A stretch of DNA of 64,000 nucleotides from Eubacteriales bacterium OttesenSCG-928-K08 (GTDB lineage: Bacteria > Bacillota > Clostridia > Christensenellales > CAG-138): assembly GCA_030266105.1 (NCBI GenBank), contig JAJDHH010000001.1, positions 29,402 to 93,401 on the forward strand, given 5' to 3'. The position numbers and the translations under genes are program-made. The notes beneath the pieces are model-generated. The model had not been told where the DNA came from, made no database searches, and was given only the letters and a program-made list of their open reading frames with translations. Below are positions 1-8,225 of the stretch, piece by piece (the stretch's first letter is position 1; each line of letters starts with the position of its first letter).

Positions 1-579
1 TATTTGAATAGTATTTCTTGTATTCATCATTGCATATCATCTATGTTCTTGCTCCCTAGATTACTCAATAACAACTATGGTATATTGAACTCAGTCTCTA
101 AAACAATCTTAAAGGTTTAGAGTTTATCTGATATTGCATTATCAATTGCACTCCTGAATTTCCAATACTATTGGTTGTCGAAATAGCTGCGATGCTGAAA
201 TAAAAGCTATTGAGTAATATGATTATACAACCCCAGGCAGAAGTAAACAACGATATTAAGGAAACTCTTTCCAAGTTAGTTATCATAAATCATACTGAAG
301 GACAGCAATGAGTAAGAAGTTATCGCACCATATTATTTAGTGAGATTGAAATGTTCAAAGGACGAGGTGGAAATGCTGGAGCAATTATGCGAAACAAAAC
401 TTGCAAAAGGGCCATACCCGGAATGTACGTTGCTGCTGACCGCGAATGTTTTATTGAACAGCACCTCTGGCGTGCCCGTGAAACCGGCATCCGGATACTT
501 TTCGAATAGCAGGCTGCCGGGAGACATAACGAGCTTTAAATACCAGGTCGAGCCTTGGCTGTAGGCAGGCTTGCCGATG

Positions 580-1017
580 CTATCCACAAGCGATACAGCC
601 AGAGCAGGCGGTGAATTGCGTGGAGGACAGGCTGGACAACGGCACGTTTGTGAGCTTATAGATGCCAACGCTGTTTTGCCCAAACATAACGGCGTCTCCG
701 CTCAAGGAATTGCCCGAAATACCGGCGTTCCAGATAAAGCCGTTGCCCTCGGTGGTGTGCCAATCTGAGTTTCCTTCGCTCAAATGGAATGTTAGTGTCC
801 TGTAGTCGCCATCGTTGGCAGGTCGGAACAGCAGTGCTGCAAACGGGTCTGTGGGGTGGCCCCAGAAGCTGACGGCATCTCCGGAGGCAGTTGCATGCCC
901 GGCGGCTCGTCCGTAAGGTGTCCAGGCTTCTGCTGCTTGGGCAGAAGGCAGTGGAAGCATGCTGATGCACAGCAGCAGGCTAAGCAAGAAGAGAAATGGT
1001 TTTCGTGATTTCTTCAT
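580..1017 (-). CDS. secreted protein of unknown function; may continue by frameshift into ORF 333..683
   Basis: N-terminus MKKSRKPFLFLLSLLLCISMLPLPSAQA is a classic Sec signal peptide. A second open frame (333..683) overlaps its 3' end by about 100 nt. Confidence 0.5.
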   Translation of the reverse strand: MKKSRKPFLFLLSLLLCISMLPLPSAQAAEAWTPYGRAAGHATASGDAVSFWGHPTDPFAALLFRPANDGDYRTLTFHLSEGNSDWHTTEGNGFIWNAGISGNSLSGDAVMFGQNSVGIYKLTNVPLSSLSSTQFTACSGCIACG

Positions 1018-1363
1018 ATTGCGCGCTCCTTCAGTTTCTTTACATAGGAAAACAAAAAACGCCCGAGGCGTAGCAGATGTTATGCTTCGGGCGTGGGATA
1101 TATATTGACTTATGGATGTTTATGGTTTAATTGAAAACAAAGAGAAAACGGCGAGAAAATAGCGGGTATTCAACAAACAGGACTCGAATTTCAGGGGTTC
1201 ATCTTATAGAAAAGCCAGGAAAATAGGCAAAACAGGCCGAAATTAGTAAATCGTCATACCGATATCTACGGTGGCGGGGATTTTGGAATCCCGCGCCCCA
1301 AAACCGTGAAACGCCCAGAAACACTGGGCGAATCGGTCGGATATTCTTTTGGTCAAAGAAATA

Positions 1364-1391
1364 TGGTACCCTGTAGGGGAATCGAACCCCT
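1364..1391. repeat. attL core (displaced copy of the tRNA-Glu 3' end)
   Basis: tggtaccctgtaggggaatcgaacccct is identical to 43224..43251, and identity stops at the next base. Confidence 0.85.
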
Positions 1392-1503
1392 TAACCGATA
1401 TTTTTGCATCTATATCAAAACTAGAAAATTCCCTATTTATCTAAGCAAAACGACACCAGAGTATTCCCGAATTTATAACGATATTGTATGTTTTATAAAA
1501 AAA

Positions 1504-1524
1504 GTGTGTACTAAAGTGTGTACT
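1504..1524 (+). promoter_or_regulatory. two direct GTGTGTACT repeats, candidate arm-type integrase binding sites
   Basis: GTGTGTACT occurs at 1504-1512 and 1516-1524, between attL and the int stop codon. A matching pair with the same 12-bp spacing is at 43155-43175. Confidence 0.4.
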
Positions 1525-1531
1525 GAAGTGG

Positions 1532-2626
1532 TCAATCGTCGTCGATAATGCGACTGAAAACCTCGTCGAGCAAATCGGACGCACGTTGCATTTCACCCTT
1601 AACATCGTGCCCGTATACGCCAAAAGTATCCATGCTCTTACTATGGCCAACCATGCGTTTAAGCAACTGCTCGGGAACATCGGCCATTGCCACGGAAACG
1701 GTCGTATGTCGCATTTCGTGAATACTCGCCTTGATATCATACTGCTTGCGGAAAGTGCACCAATTGTCATATATGCGGTTAGGGCTTACCATGCGACCGT
1801 CGCGGCCAGGAAAAAGCCATGTGGTGACAATTCCGTTTCGCTTTAGTAAATCCGCCTGCTCTTGCAAAACGAGCTTTTGCCTTTCGCTAAGCACGATGTA
1901 CCGCTTCGCGTTGTCGTTTTTTCCGCCGGTGATCTCATTTTCGGAGTTTACTGAGCGGCGCACATACAAAACACGATCCTTGATGTCGCCTTTTTGCAAT
2001 CCGGCAAGCTCACCGCGCCGCAAGCCCGTAAGCACGATGAACCGCCAAGCGTGGATAAAAAAGCATGGAACCTGCCCGCCTCGGTGCAAAATCGTATCAT
2101 TTGCAAACAATTTTTTGATGTCGTCCGGCTGCAAAATATTTCGTTCGCCAACGGGTGCCTGCTTAGGGATGGCGATATCCTCCGGTCGATCGAGCGGGGC
2201 GCGACGCTTCTTTGCAAAACCGTATACAGCAGTAATAGAGGCACGGATATTTGAACATGTTTTTTTTGATAAGCCCTTTTCATATGCAGCATTCACGCAA
2301 TTTTGCCAATGTTCATTTGTGATTTTGGATAGCTTACGATGCCCGACCTCGGGCAACAACCATAGCCGCCCGATGGATTCATGTTTCTTGTAATTTGCCG
2401 TGCCGGTCGTTTTCTCGACCTCTTCGAGAAACACACCCCAAAGCTTTTCAAAGCGCACATCTTTTGTATGCCGCGTTTCAACCCACTTATCGGCAGCTTT
2501 TTCAGCCGCAACCTTACCCTTTGTGCCGGTAACGGTCGAGGTGAAGGTTTTGCGCTCGCCGTCAACCTGTACATTGATTTGCCAGCGCTGGCGGCTCTCA
2601 ACCCATTTTGCTTCATTTTTGCGCAT
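1532..2626 (-). CDS. int: phage tyrosine integrase
   Basis: C-terminal catalytic signature HEMRHT...VGHSKSMDTFGVYGH (R, HxxR, H, Y). Adjacent to attL. ATG at 2626 is preceded by GGAGA; the ORF track start at 2644 is GTG. Confidence 0.9.
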   Translation of the reverse strand: MRKNEAKWVESRQRWQINVQVDGERKTFTSTVTGTKGKVAAEKAADKWVETRHTKDVRFEKLWGVFLEEVEKTTGTANYKKHESIGRLWLLPEVGHRKLSKITNEHWQNCVNAAYEKGLSKKTCSNIRASITAVYGFAKKRRAPLDRPEDIAIPKQAPVGERNILQPDDIKKLFANDTILHRGGQVPCFFIHAWRFIVLTGLRRGELAGLQKGDIKDRVLYVRRSVNSENEITGGKNDNAKRYIVLSERQKLVLQEQADLLKRNGIVTTWLFPGRDGRMVSPNRIYDNWCTFRKQYDIKASIHEMRHTTVSVAMADVPEQLLKRMVGHSKSMDTFGVYGHDVKGEMQRASDLLDEVFSRIIDDD

Positions 2627-2644
2627 ATTGTTCTCCTGCAACAC

Positions 2645-2908
2645 TTAACCTACCAAAATTACTAATAGCGCAATAATGGCAAGCATGTAAACGATGGGCA
2701 TTAAGCAACCGCCAGTCATCATGCGGCCAAGCTTTTGCCGTCGGCCTGACTTTGTAGTGGGGATCCCTGTAGCTCGCGAAATAGATCGTTTGGCTTTTGT
2801 GATGCCAAATGCTCGCTTTGCGCTGAACGAAAGCCCAGGGATGCCAGTATTGGTTCCCTTTCGCCTTGAGCTGCTTCTTCCTCTGCTAGAACGTCTCTTA
2901 GCCGCCAT
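2645..2908 (-). CDS. small Arg/Lys-rich protein with C-terminal transmembrane anchor
   Basis: 87-aa ORF ending in a hydrophobic helix (CLMPIVYMLAIIALLVILVG). Its stop abuts the int ORF. It lies in the lysogeny operon. Confidence 0.5.
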   Translation of the reverse strand: MAAKRRSSRGRSSSRRKGTNTGIPGLSFSAKRAFGITKAKRSISRATGIPTTKSGRRQKLGRMMTGGCLMPIVYMLAIIALLVILVG

Positions 2909-2990
2909 GATATATTCTCCTAAAATCTAACCTGGACGACATACTCCGCAAGGGCCGCGCCCTTGCGCAGTGGGCTATTTTGGCTAAGCG

Positions 2991-3506
2991 TTACCTGAGA
3001 GATTCGTGTATCCATAAATCCAGTACATAATCGCTAAAATTTAGCGCCGCAAGCTCTTTTGTGCTAACTTTTTGAATTAAATCGGCATCCAATGTAAAAC
3101 TGATTACCTTATCGCCACCATATTCATCGCTGACGGCCCAGTATTGAATTTCGGTGTAATCGCCGCCGTTGCCCTTCTGAATAAAATTTTCGACCGTATG
3201 ATAATTTTGCTGAATTGTAGCCTTATTGTTATAGCTTGATGAAATGCTATACTTTAGAATAATCATTCCATCGCCGTGGTCAACCATTTCTAGCAGCTCT
3301 CCGTACCCGCCCCACTCATCGCCGGTCTGCGGATCGTCCTCAAGTGTTAATTCTGGCGTCGGCTCAAGCGGTGTGTTTTGCGCAACAGGATTTGTTTTCT
3401 GTCTGCCCGCCATAATGCCAGTAACAATAATTACCGCTAATATAGCTGTGACAATCACTATAAATTTGGTCGTTTTATAAAATGGTATTTTTGTTTTCAT
3501 AAGCAA
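2991..3506 (-). CDS. N-terminally membrane-anchored extracytoplasmic protein, function unknown
   Basis: 171 aa with a single N-terminal TM (FIVIVTAILAVIIVTGIMAG). Located between the repressor and int. Confidence 0.6.
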   Translation of the reverse strand: MLMKTKIPFYKTTKFIVIVTAILAVIIVTGIMAGRQKTNPVAQNTPLEPTPELTLEDDPQTGDEWGGYGELLEMVDHGDGMIILKYSISSSYNNKATIQQNYHTVENFIQKGNGGDYTEIQYWAVSDEYGGDKVISFTLDADLIQKVSTKELAALNFSDYVLDLWIHESLR

Positions 3507-3522
3507 CCCCCTTTTGTGAAAA

Positions 3523-4170
3523 TCATCTAATTCTACTCTTAAAAATTACAGCCTTGCCAAGTATGCGCATGTTTTCCGCCTGATCGCCGATATACACAAA
3601 ATCTTTGACCATTGGGTTTTCAGCAACAAGCGTAACGCGCCCGGGCTGCCTGTACACGCGCTTTAGTGTGACCTCATCGTCAATTAGCACCGCCGCGATC
3701 TCTCCATTATCAACCGTGGGCTGCTGCCTGATATATACGATATCCCCATCCAATATGCGCGCGCCGATCATGCTGTCGCCCTTGCAACGGACAGCAAAGT
3801 CACAATTTATATCCTCATCGACATTTATGTATTCGTCGTAATTTTCTGCCGCAAGTATCGGCTCCCCGCAGGCAATATCGCCAAGCAGGGGAACTTTTTT
3901 TGTTTTTGGGAGGGGTTCAACATTTTTAAGGGTTAGGATGTCTCTTAAATCAGTCTTATCCTCGATTAGATCTGACTTCATAATTCCAAAATAGTTTGCG
4001 AGCATTTCAATCTTATCGATGCGAGGATATGTTTTTCCATTTTCCCAATCAGAAAAAGTAGTATATGCCACGCCCAGTATATCACAAACTTCCGAACGTT
4101 CTTTGTGGTTAAGCGCCATATAGTATTTCAAGTTTCTTGAAAAAATTTCCTTATTTCCGAGTCCGCTCAT
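3523..4170 (-). CDS. CI/LexA-like repressor (XRE HTH plus S24 peptidase domain)
   Basis: N-terminal HTH (ERSEVCDILGVAYTTFSDWENGKTYP). C-terminal S24 motifs GDSM and a downstream Lys (LKRV). RBS GGAGGTG. Confidence 0.9.
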   Translation of the reverse strand: MSGLGNKEIFSRNLKYYMALNHKERSEVCDILGVAYTTFSDWENGKTYPRIDKIEMLANYFGIMKSDLIEDKTDLRDILTLKNVEPLPKTKKVPLLGDIACGEPILAAENYDEYINVDEDINCDFAVRCKGDSMIGARILDGDIVYIRQQPTVDNGEIAAVLIDDEVTLKRVYRQPGRVTLVAENPMVKDFVYIGDQAENMRILGKAVIFKSRIR

Positions 4171-4196
4171 GGCGCACCTCCATATCTAATAAATTT

Positions 4197-4225
4197 ATTG
4201 TACGATAAAACCGTAAAAATTACAA
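4197..4225 (-). promoter_or_regulatory. leftward promoter for the repressor operon (PRM-like)
   Basis: The minus strand reads TTGTAA, 17 nt, TACAAT. An ACGGTT operator half-site lies in the spacer. Confidence 0.5.
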
Positions 4226-4255
4226 TATAATTTTTTATTTTATACGATTTAACCG

Positions 4256-4284
4256 TTGACATTACGGTTTAACCGTTATATTAT
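4256..4284 (+). promoter_or_regulatory. rightward early promoter (PR-like) with operator palindrome in the spacer
   Basis: TTGACA (4256-4261), 17 nt, TATTAT (4279-4284). Palindrome ACGGTTTAACCGT at 4264-4276. Confidence 0.6.
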
Positions 4285-4306
4285 ATTTACACGGAGGTGA
4301 TAATAT

Positions 4307-4510
4307 ATGGGCATGACGCTTAAAGCTGCACGAGTCAATGCGGGGTACAATCAGGCTGAGGCAGCTAAAATCCTTAACATATCAGTATATACGCTTAGCA
4401 ATTACGAGCGTGGAATCTCATTTCCAGATGTGCCGATCTTGAAACGGATCGAACAAGCATATGGCGTAGGATACGATCAGCTAATTTTTTTATCTCAAAA
4501 ATACGGTTAA
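4307..4510 (+). CDS. Cro-like XRE-family HTH regulator
   Basis: 67 aa, HTH QAEAAKILNISVYTLSNYERG, divergent from the CI-like gene, RBS GGAGGTG. Confidence 0.85.
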   Translation: MGMTLKAARVNAGYNQAEAAKILNISVYTLSNYERGISFPDVPILKRIEQAYGVGYDQLIFLSQKYG

Positions 4511-4556
4511 ACCGTAATATCGCCACATCAGCTAGGGGAAAGGAGTAGTAATCAAA

Positions 4557-4787
4557 ATGAAAACGCCCGTATTGCGCATAACGCACCAAAACGGATATAC
4601 ATTGTGGATTGATGGCGTACCAGCTAATTATGCTACCGAAGCAATCATTCGCATTTCTGGCTCTGGGAGAGCTTCTTTAAGGGTGGTGCAAGAGACCGAG
4701 GTTGAACTAGAAGCTTCCTTTTATGAGCTCGGCAATCACCTGAACGGCAATGTCCTTGAGAGCGCGCAGAGATGTAACGCCGAGTGA
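4557..4787 (+). CDS. hypothetical protein
   Basis: 76-aa ORF with RBS GGAGTAG. Its 3' end overlaps the convergent ORF 4707..5081. Confidence 0.4.
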   Translation: MKTPVLRITHQNGYTLWIDGVPANYATEAIIRISGSGRASLRVVQETEVELEASFYELGNHLNGNVLESAQRCNAE

Positions 4788-5081
4788 TGACGCTTTAGAT
4801 TTGGTCTTTTCCCAAACGGTATTTGATCGAATATCTGCTAAAAACTCATGTCCGTTTGGAGTTAAATCTTGCACACTCGCACCGCTTCCATGTATGTATC
4901 TCTTGAATCCTAATATGAGGCCAGATTGAAAGCACTGATCCATGTGATAAATTATTTCTTCGCTTGTATAGTGCGTTAAGTTTTCGTCTCTATCGTCTGG
5001 GAACATATATTGCTTGGATGGAGTAACAACATTTTCGATATTAAGCAGTACATCGCGAATGCAATCGGGATTAAGCCTCAT
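4707..5081 (-). CDS. winged-helix-like protein (DUF2513/YjcQ-like by recollection)
   Basis: 124 aa. N-terminus MRLNPDCIRDVLLNIEN and overall layout resemble DUF2513-type phage proteins. Transcribed opposite to the early lytic genes. Confidence 0.5.
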   Translation of the reverse strand: MRLNPDCIRDVLLNIENVVTPSKQYMFPDDRDENLTHYTSEEIIYHMDQCFQSGLILGFKRYIHGSGASVQDLTPNGHEFLADIRSNTVWEKTKSKASSLGVTSLRALKDIAVQVIAELIKGSF

Positions 5082-5155
5082 CGCGTCTACCTCGTTGCTT
5101 TTTCGGCTATTATACTACGCCAATATATACCATCACAAGAAAGGAGCAAGGGCTT

Positions 5156-5479
5156 ATGACTTATAAATTACTGCGAGACAAAATGCAGGAAAAAGGATAC
5201 ACTGCCGCCCTGCTCTCAGAAAAGCTTGGATGCGGGAAGACATACATATCGAATTGCATGTGCGGACGTGCAGAATGGAAATTGCATGAAATCTATAAAA
5301 TCATGGGCTGGCTCTCGATCCCAAAAAGCGAGATGCACTTGTATTTTACCGAGGACGGCAAGCCATATGTTTGTAAGCAGCCTCAGAAAAAAACGCAAGA
5401 ACCGGGAATACCGCAAGAAATCCTTGGAGAGTTGGGTGCAGCGCTTGTAAGGGCGGTTCGCTCGCTTGAGCTATCGTAA
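5156..5479 (+). CDS. HTH-containing early regulator, family uncertain
   Basis: 107 aa, GYTAALLSEKLGCGKTYISNCMCG helix-turn-helix-like segment, RBS AAGGAG. Confidence 0.55.
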   Translation: MTYKLLRDKMQEKGYTAALLSEKLGCGKTYISNCMCGRAEWKLHEIYKIMGWLSIPKSEMHLYFTEDGKPYVCKQPQKKTQEPGIPQEILGELGAALVRAVRSLELS

Positions 5480-5620
5480 ACACCAGCTACAGCGGCTGGT
5501 CGCTGGCCGTTGTGACGGGTGCTTACCCGGCCGGGAGTTGATCGTCCCGGTAATGCGGATGGGTTCCCTTTTACCCATCCGCAATAAACAAAAGGGAATT
5601 ATGAGAAAGGGGTTTGAGTT

Positions 5621-6613
5621 ATGAAAGCATACAAGGGGTTTGATAAAAACATGCAATGCCGGGGTTTTCAATTTGAGGTCGGCAAAGAGTATGTTGAGGA
5701 TCAAGCAAAACTATGTCAGCGTGGATTCCATGCGTGCGAAGCGCCGTTGGGTGTATTCCGGTACTACGCGCCAAACCAAAGCGTATACCACGAGGTGGAG
5801 CTGTCGGATGTGAGCAACGAGCGCAAGGAAGACTCCAAGGTTGTTGGTAAAAATATTAAGATAGGCGCAGCGCTTGATATCGCTGGTCTTTGCAAAGCAC
5901 AATTTGAGTTTGTAAAAGCACATACCACTTATGAGCATACCGATCCAAAACAGGCCACGGCTGGTGAGTACGGAGCCGCCACGGCTGGTGAGTACGGAGC
6001 CGCCACGGCTGGTGAGTACGGAGCCGCCACGGCTGGTGAGTACGGAGCCGCCACGGCTGGTGAGTACGGAGACGCCACGGCTGGTGAGTACGGAGCCGCC
6101 ACGGCTGGTGAGTACGGAGCCGCCACGGCTGGTGAGTACGGAGCCGCCACGGCTGGTAACAGCGGAGCCGCCACGGCTGGTGAGTACGGAGCCGCCACGG
6201 CTGGTGAGTACGGAGCCGCCACGGCTGGTGAGTACGGAGCCGCCACGGCTGGTTATCGCGGAGCCGCCACGGCTGGTTATCGCGGAGCCGCCACGGCTGG
6301 TAACAGCGGAGCCGCCACGGCTGGTGAGTACGGAGCCGCCACGGCTGGTAACAGCGGAGCCGCCACGGCTGGTTATCGCGGAGCCGCCACTAGCAAAGGA
6401 AGGGCTACCGTTGGTGAAAATGGCATCGCTTCTGTGCGCGGAAACAATGTGAGTGTTCGCGGGGGCATGGGCGCGATCCTTGTCATATGCGTTGAAAACG
6501 AAAATGATTATGACATTAAGGAATGGCGCGCTGCCGTAGTTGATGGCGAAACTATCAAGGCAGATACATGGTACACATTGCTCGACGGTCAATTTGTGGA
6601 AGTAAAGAACTAA
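5621..6613 (+). CDS. phage protein with conserved N-terminal domain and 18 octapeptide repeats (ATAGxxGA)
   Basis: 330-aa ORF. The N-terminus MKAYKGFDKNMQCRGFQFEVGKEY...GFHACE recurs in phage proteins. The centre is made of a 24-bp tandem array. Confidence 0.8.
   Translation: MKAYKGFDKNMQCRGFQFEVGKEYVEDQAKLCQRGFHACEAPLGVFRYYAPNQSVYHEVELSDVSNERKEDSKVVGKNIKIGAALDIAGLCKAQFEFVKAHTTYEHTDPKQATAGEYGAATAGEYGAATAGEYGAATAGEYGAATAGEYGDATAGEYGAATAGEYGAATAGEYGAATAGNSGAATAGEYGAATAGEYGAATAGEYGAATAGYRGAATAGYRGAATAGNSGAATAGEYGAATAGNSGAATAGYRGAATSKGRATVGENGIASVRGNNVSVRGGMGAILVICVENENDYDIKEWRAAVVDGETIKADTWYTLLDGQFVEVKN
5954..6385 (+). repeat. 24-bp tandem repeat, 18 copies, in frame
   Basis: gccacggctggtNNNNNNggagcc repeated head to tail. 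The variable hexamer is gagtac, aacagc or tatcgc (EY, NS, YR). Confidence 0.95.
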
Positions 6614-6645
6614 TTTTAGCTATTTGTAGGAGAAAAAATATTAAC

Positions 6646-6957
6646 ATGAGTAAAAATGCACCTACGTCTCTTTTTAATACTGCAACTGATTTAGAAAATT
6701 ATTTTATGAATATCAGTCGCGCAAAAGTGCTCAGCGGACTAATCCTTGATATCTCTCACGATGATAGTGTTTATGTTACGAGCATTGACGAAATCGAGGC
6801 GCTTAGCTATATGCTGCTTGAGCTGCTTGAGCCAAGGACTGATCGAATTGTCAAAGATGCAATTGATGCGCTGCTAAAACTTAATAGTATTACACGAAAT
6901 AATGAGCATGCAAATCCGCAGGCGCCTGCGGATTTGGCGGAGAGGAGCAACACATGA
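6646..6957 (+). CDS. hypothetical protein
   Basis: ATG at 6646 is preceded by AGGAG. The stop overlaps the start of the next gene. Confidence 0.55.
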   Translation: MSKNAPTSLFNTATDLENYFMNISRAKVLSGLILDISHDDSVYVTSIDEIEALSYMLLELLEPRTDRIVKDAIDALLKLNSITRNNEHANPQAPADLAERSNT

Positions 6958-8225
6958 CAAAAATCCATCGACTTGAAATCGAAAACGTGAAGCGGGTTAA
7001 GGCTACACGTATTGAGCCAGCACAAAACGGGTTAACCGTGATTGGCGGTAAAAACAACCAAGGAAAAACCTCCGTGTTGGATGCTATTGCCTGGGCACTT
7101 GGCGGCGATCGTTACCGACCTTCGCAGCCCTTTCGTGATGGATCAACAATCCCCCCATATATTAGCCTAACTCTTTCAAACGGTCTTGTCGTTGAACGTA
7201 AGGGGAAAAATAGCGACCTCAAGGTAACTGATCCGGGCGGACAGAAGGGCGGACAGCAACTTCTCAATGAATTTGTGGAGCAGCTTGCACTTGACTTGCC
7301 ACGTTTTTTGCAATCTAGTAGCAAAGAAAAGGCCAGCTCTCTCTTACAGATTATTGGTGTAGGCGACAAGCTATTTGAGTTAGAAAAGCAGGAGGAGGAA
7401 ATTTATAACAAGCGGCATGCCATCGGCCAGATTGCTGATCAGAAAGAAAAATTTGCACTGGAAATGCCTTACCGCACAGATGTACCAAAAGAACTTGTAT
7501 CTGCTTCCAGTCTGATCGAAAAGCAACAAGATATTCTCGCAAAAAACGGAGAGAACCAACGCAAGCGGCGCAATCTTATACAGCTTGAAGATGAGGCTGC
7601 TAACATTCAGCATAAGATTGATGCGCTTCTTAAGCAACAATCTCTCGTGCAGGCTGATCTAGAGATAGCGCGCAGATCAGCAGAAGACCTTCAAGACGAA
7701 TCTACCGCCGAGCTTGAGGCAAGTATTCGCAATATTGAAGAAACTAACCGCCTTGTTCGCGCCAACCTTGATAAGGAAAAAGCAGAAGAGGATGCACTTG
7801 CATATAGAAATCAATATCGTGAATTGACTGCCACCCTCGAAGCTGTTAGAAAATCAAAGATCGATCTTCTGCAAAACGCCGACCTTCCCCTTCCCGGCCT
7901 CTCTGTCGAAGATGGAGAATTATGCTACAAGGGGCATAAGTGGGATAATATGTCCGGCTCTGATCAGCTCAAGGTATCCACTGCTATCGTCCGCAAGCTC
8001 AATCCGAAATGTGGTTTTGTGCTGCTTGATAAATTAGAGCAAATGGACATCGATACCCTTAACGAATTCGGAGAGTGGCTTGAGGCTGAGGGCTTACAGG
8101 CAATTGCGACCAGAGTATCCACTGGCGGCGAATGCTCAATTATTATCGAAGATGGGTATGTTGCAGGAATAGATGCTCCCGCAGCATTATCTAAGACAAC
8201 ATCTTGGAAAGCGGGTGAGTTTTAA
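6954..8225 (+). CDS. SMC/RecF/SbcC-like AAA ATPase with coiled-coil
   Basis: Walker A GGKNNQGKTS near the N-terminus, long Q/E/K/L-rich central coiled-coil, C-terminal LLDKLEQMD Walker-B-like block. Confidence 0.75.
   Translation: MTKIHRLEIENVKRVKATRIEPAQNGLTVIGGKNNQGKTSVLDAIAWALGGDRYRPSQPFRDGSTIPPYISLTLSNGLVVERKGKNSDLKVTDPGGQKGGQQLLNEFVEQLALDLPRFLQSSSKEKASSLLQIIGVGDKLFELEKQEEEIYNKRHAIGQIADQKEKFALEMPYRTDVPKELVSASSLIEKQQDILAKNGENQRKRRNLIQLEDEAANIQHKIDALLKQQSLVQADLEIARRSAEDLQDESTAELEASIRNIEETNRLVRANLDKEKAEEDALAYRNQYRELTATLEAVRKSKIDLLQNADLPLPGLSVEDGELCYKGHKWDNMSGSDQLKVSTAIVRKLNPKCGFVLLDKLEQMDIDTLNEFGEWLEAEGLQAIATRVSTGGECSIIIEDGYVAGIDAPAALSKTTSWKAGEF

Noticed and set aside
98-286. 62-aa hydrophobic ORF in the AT-rich left edge
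   Set aside because: It is too short, lacks a recognisable ribosome-binding site or family, and sits at the window edge. There is not enough support to call a gene.
1100-1363. Possible additional tRNA or small RNA in the left flank (hairpin GCGGGATT-ttgg-AATCCCGC and CGCCCAG...CTGGGCG)
   Set aside because: No cloverleaf can be drawn. The hairpins lie just 3' of the original tRNA-Glu end and look like its native terminators displaced by prophage insertion.
1306-1548. ORF 1306..1548 spanning attL, and ORF 43047..43337 spanning tRNA-Glu
   Set aside because: They cross the att core, tRNA and terminator hairpins, so they are not plausible genes.
5954-6385. Could the regular 24-bp repeats be a CRISPR array?
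   Set aside because: The repeats are contiguous with no unique spacers. They are in frame inside a protein-coding gene, and no cas genes are present in the window.
5711-6592. Long ORFs on the opposite strand and in alternative frames across the 24-bp repeat array (5711..6592, 5929..6246, 5931..6452)
   Set aside because: They exist only because a perfectly periodic repeat is stop-free in several frames. None has a ribosome-binding site, and the + strand frame joins conserved N- and C-terminal domains.
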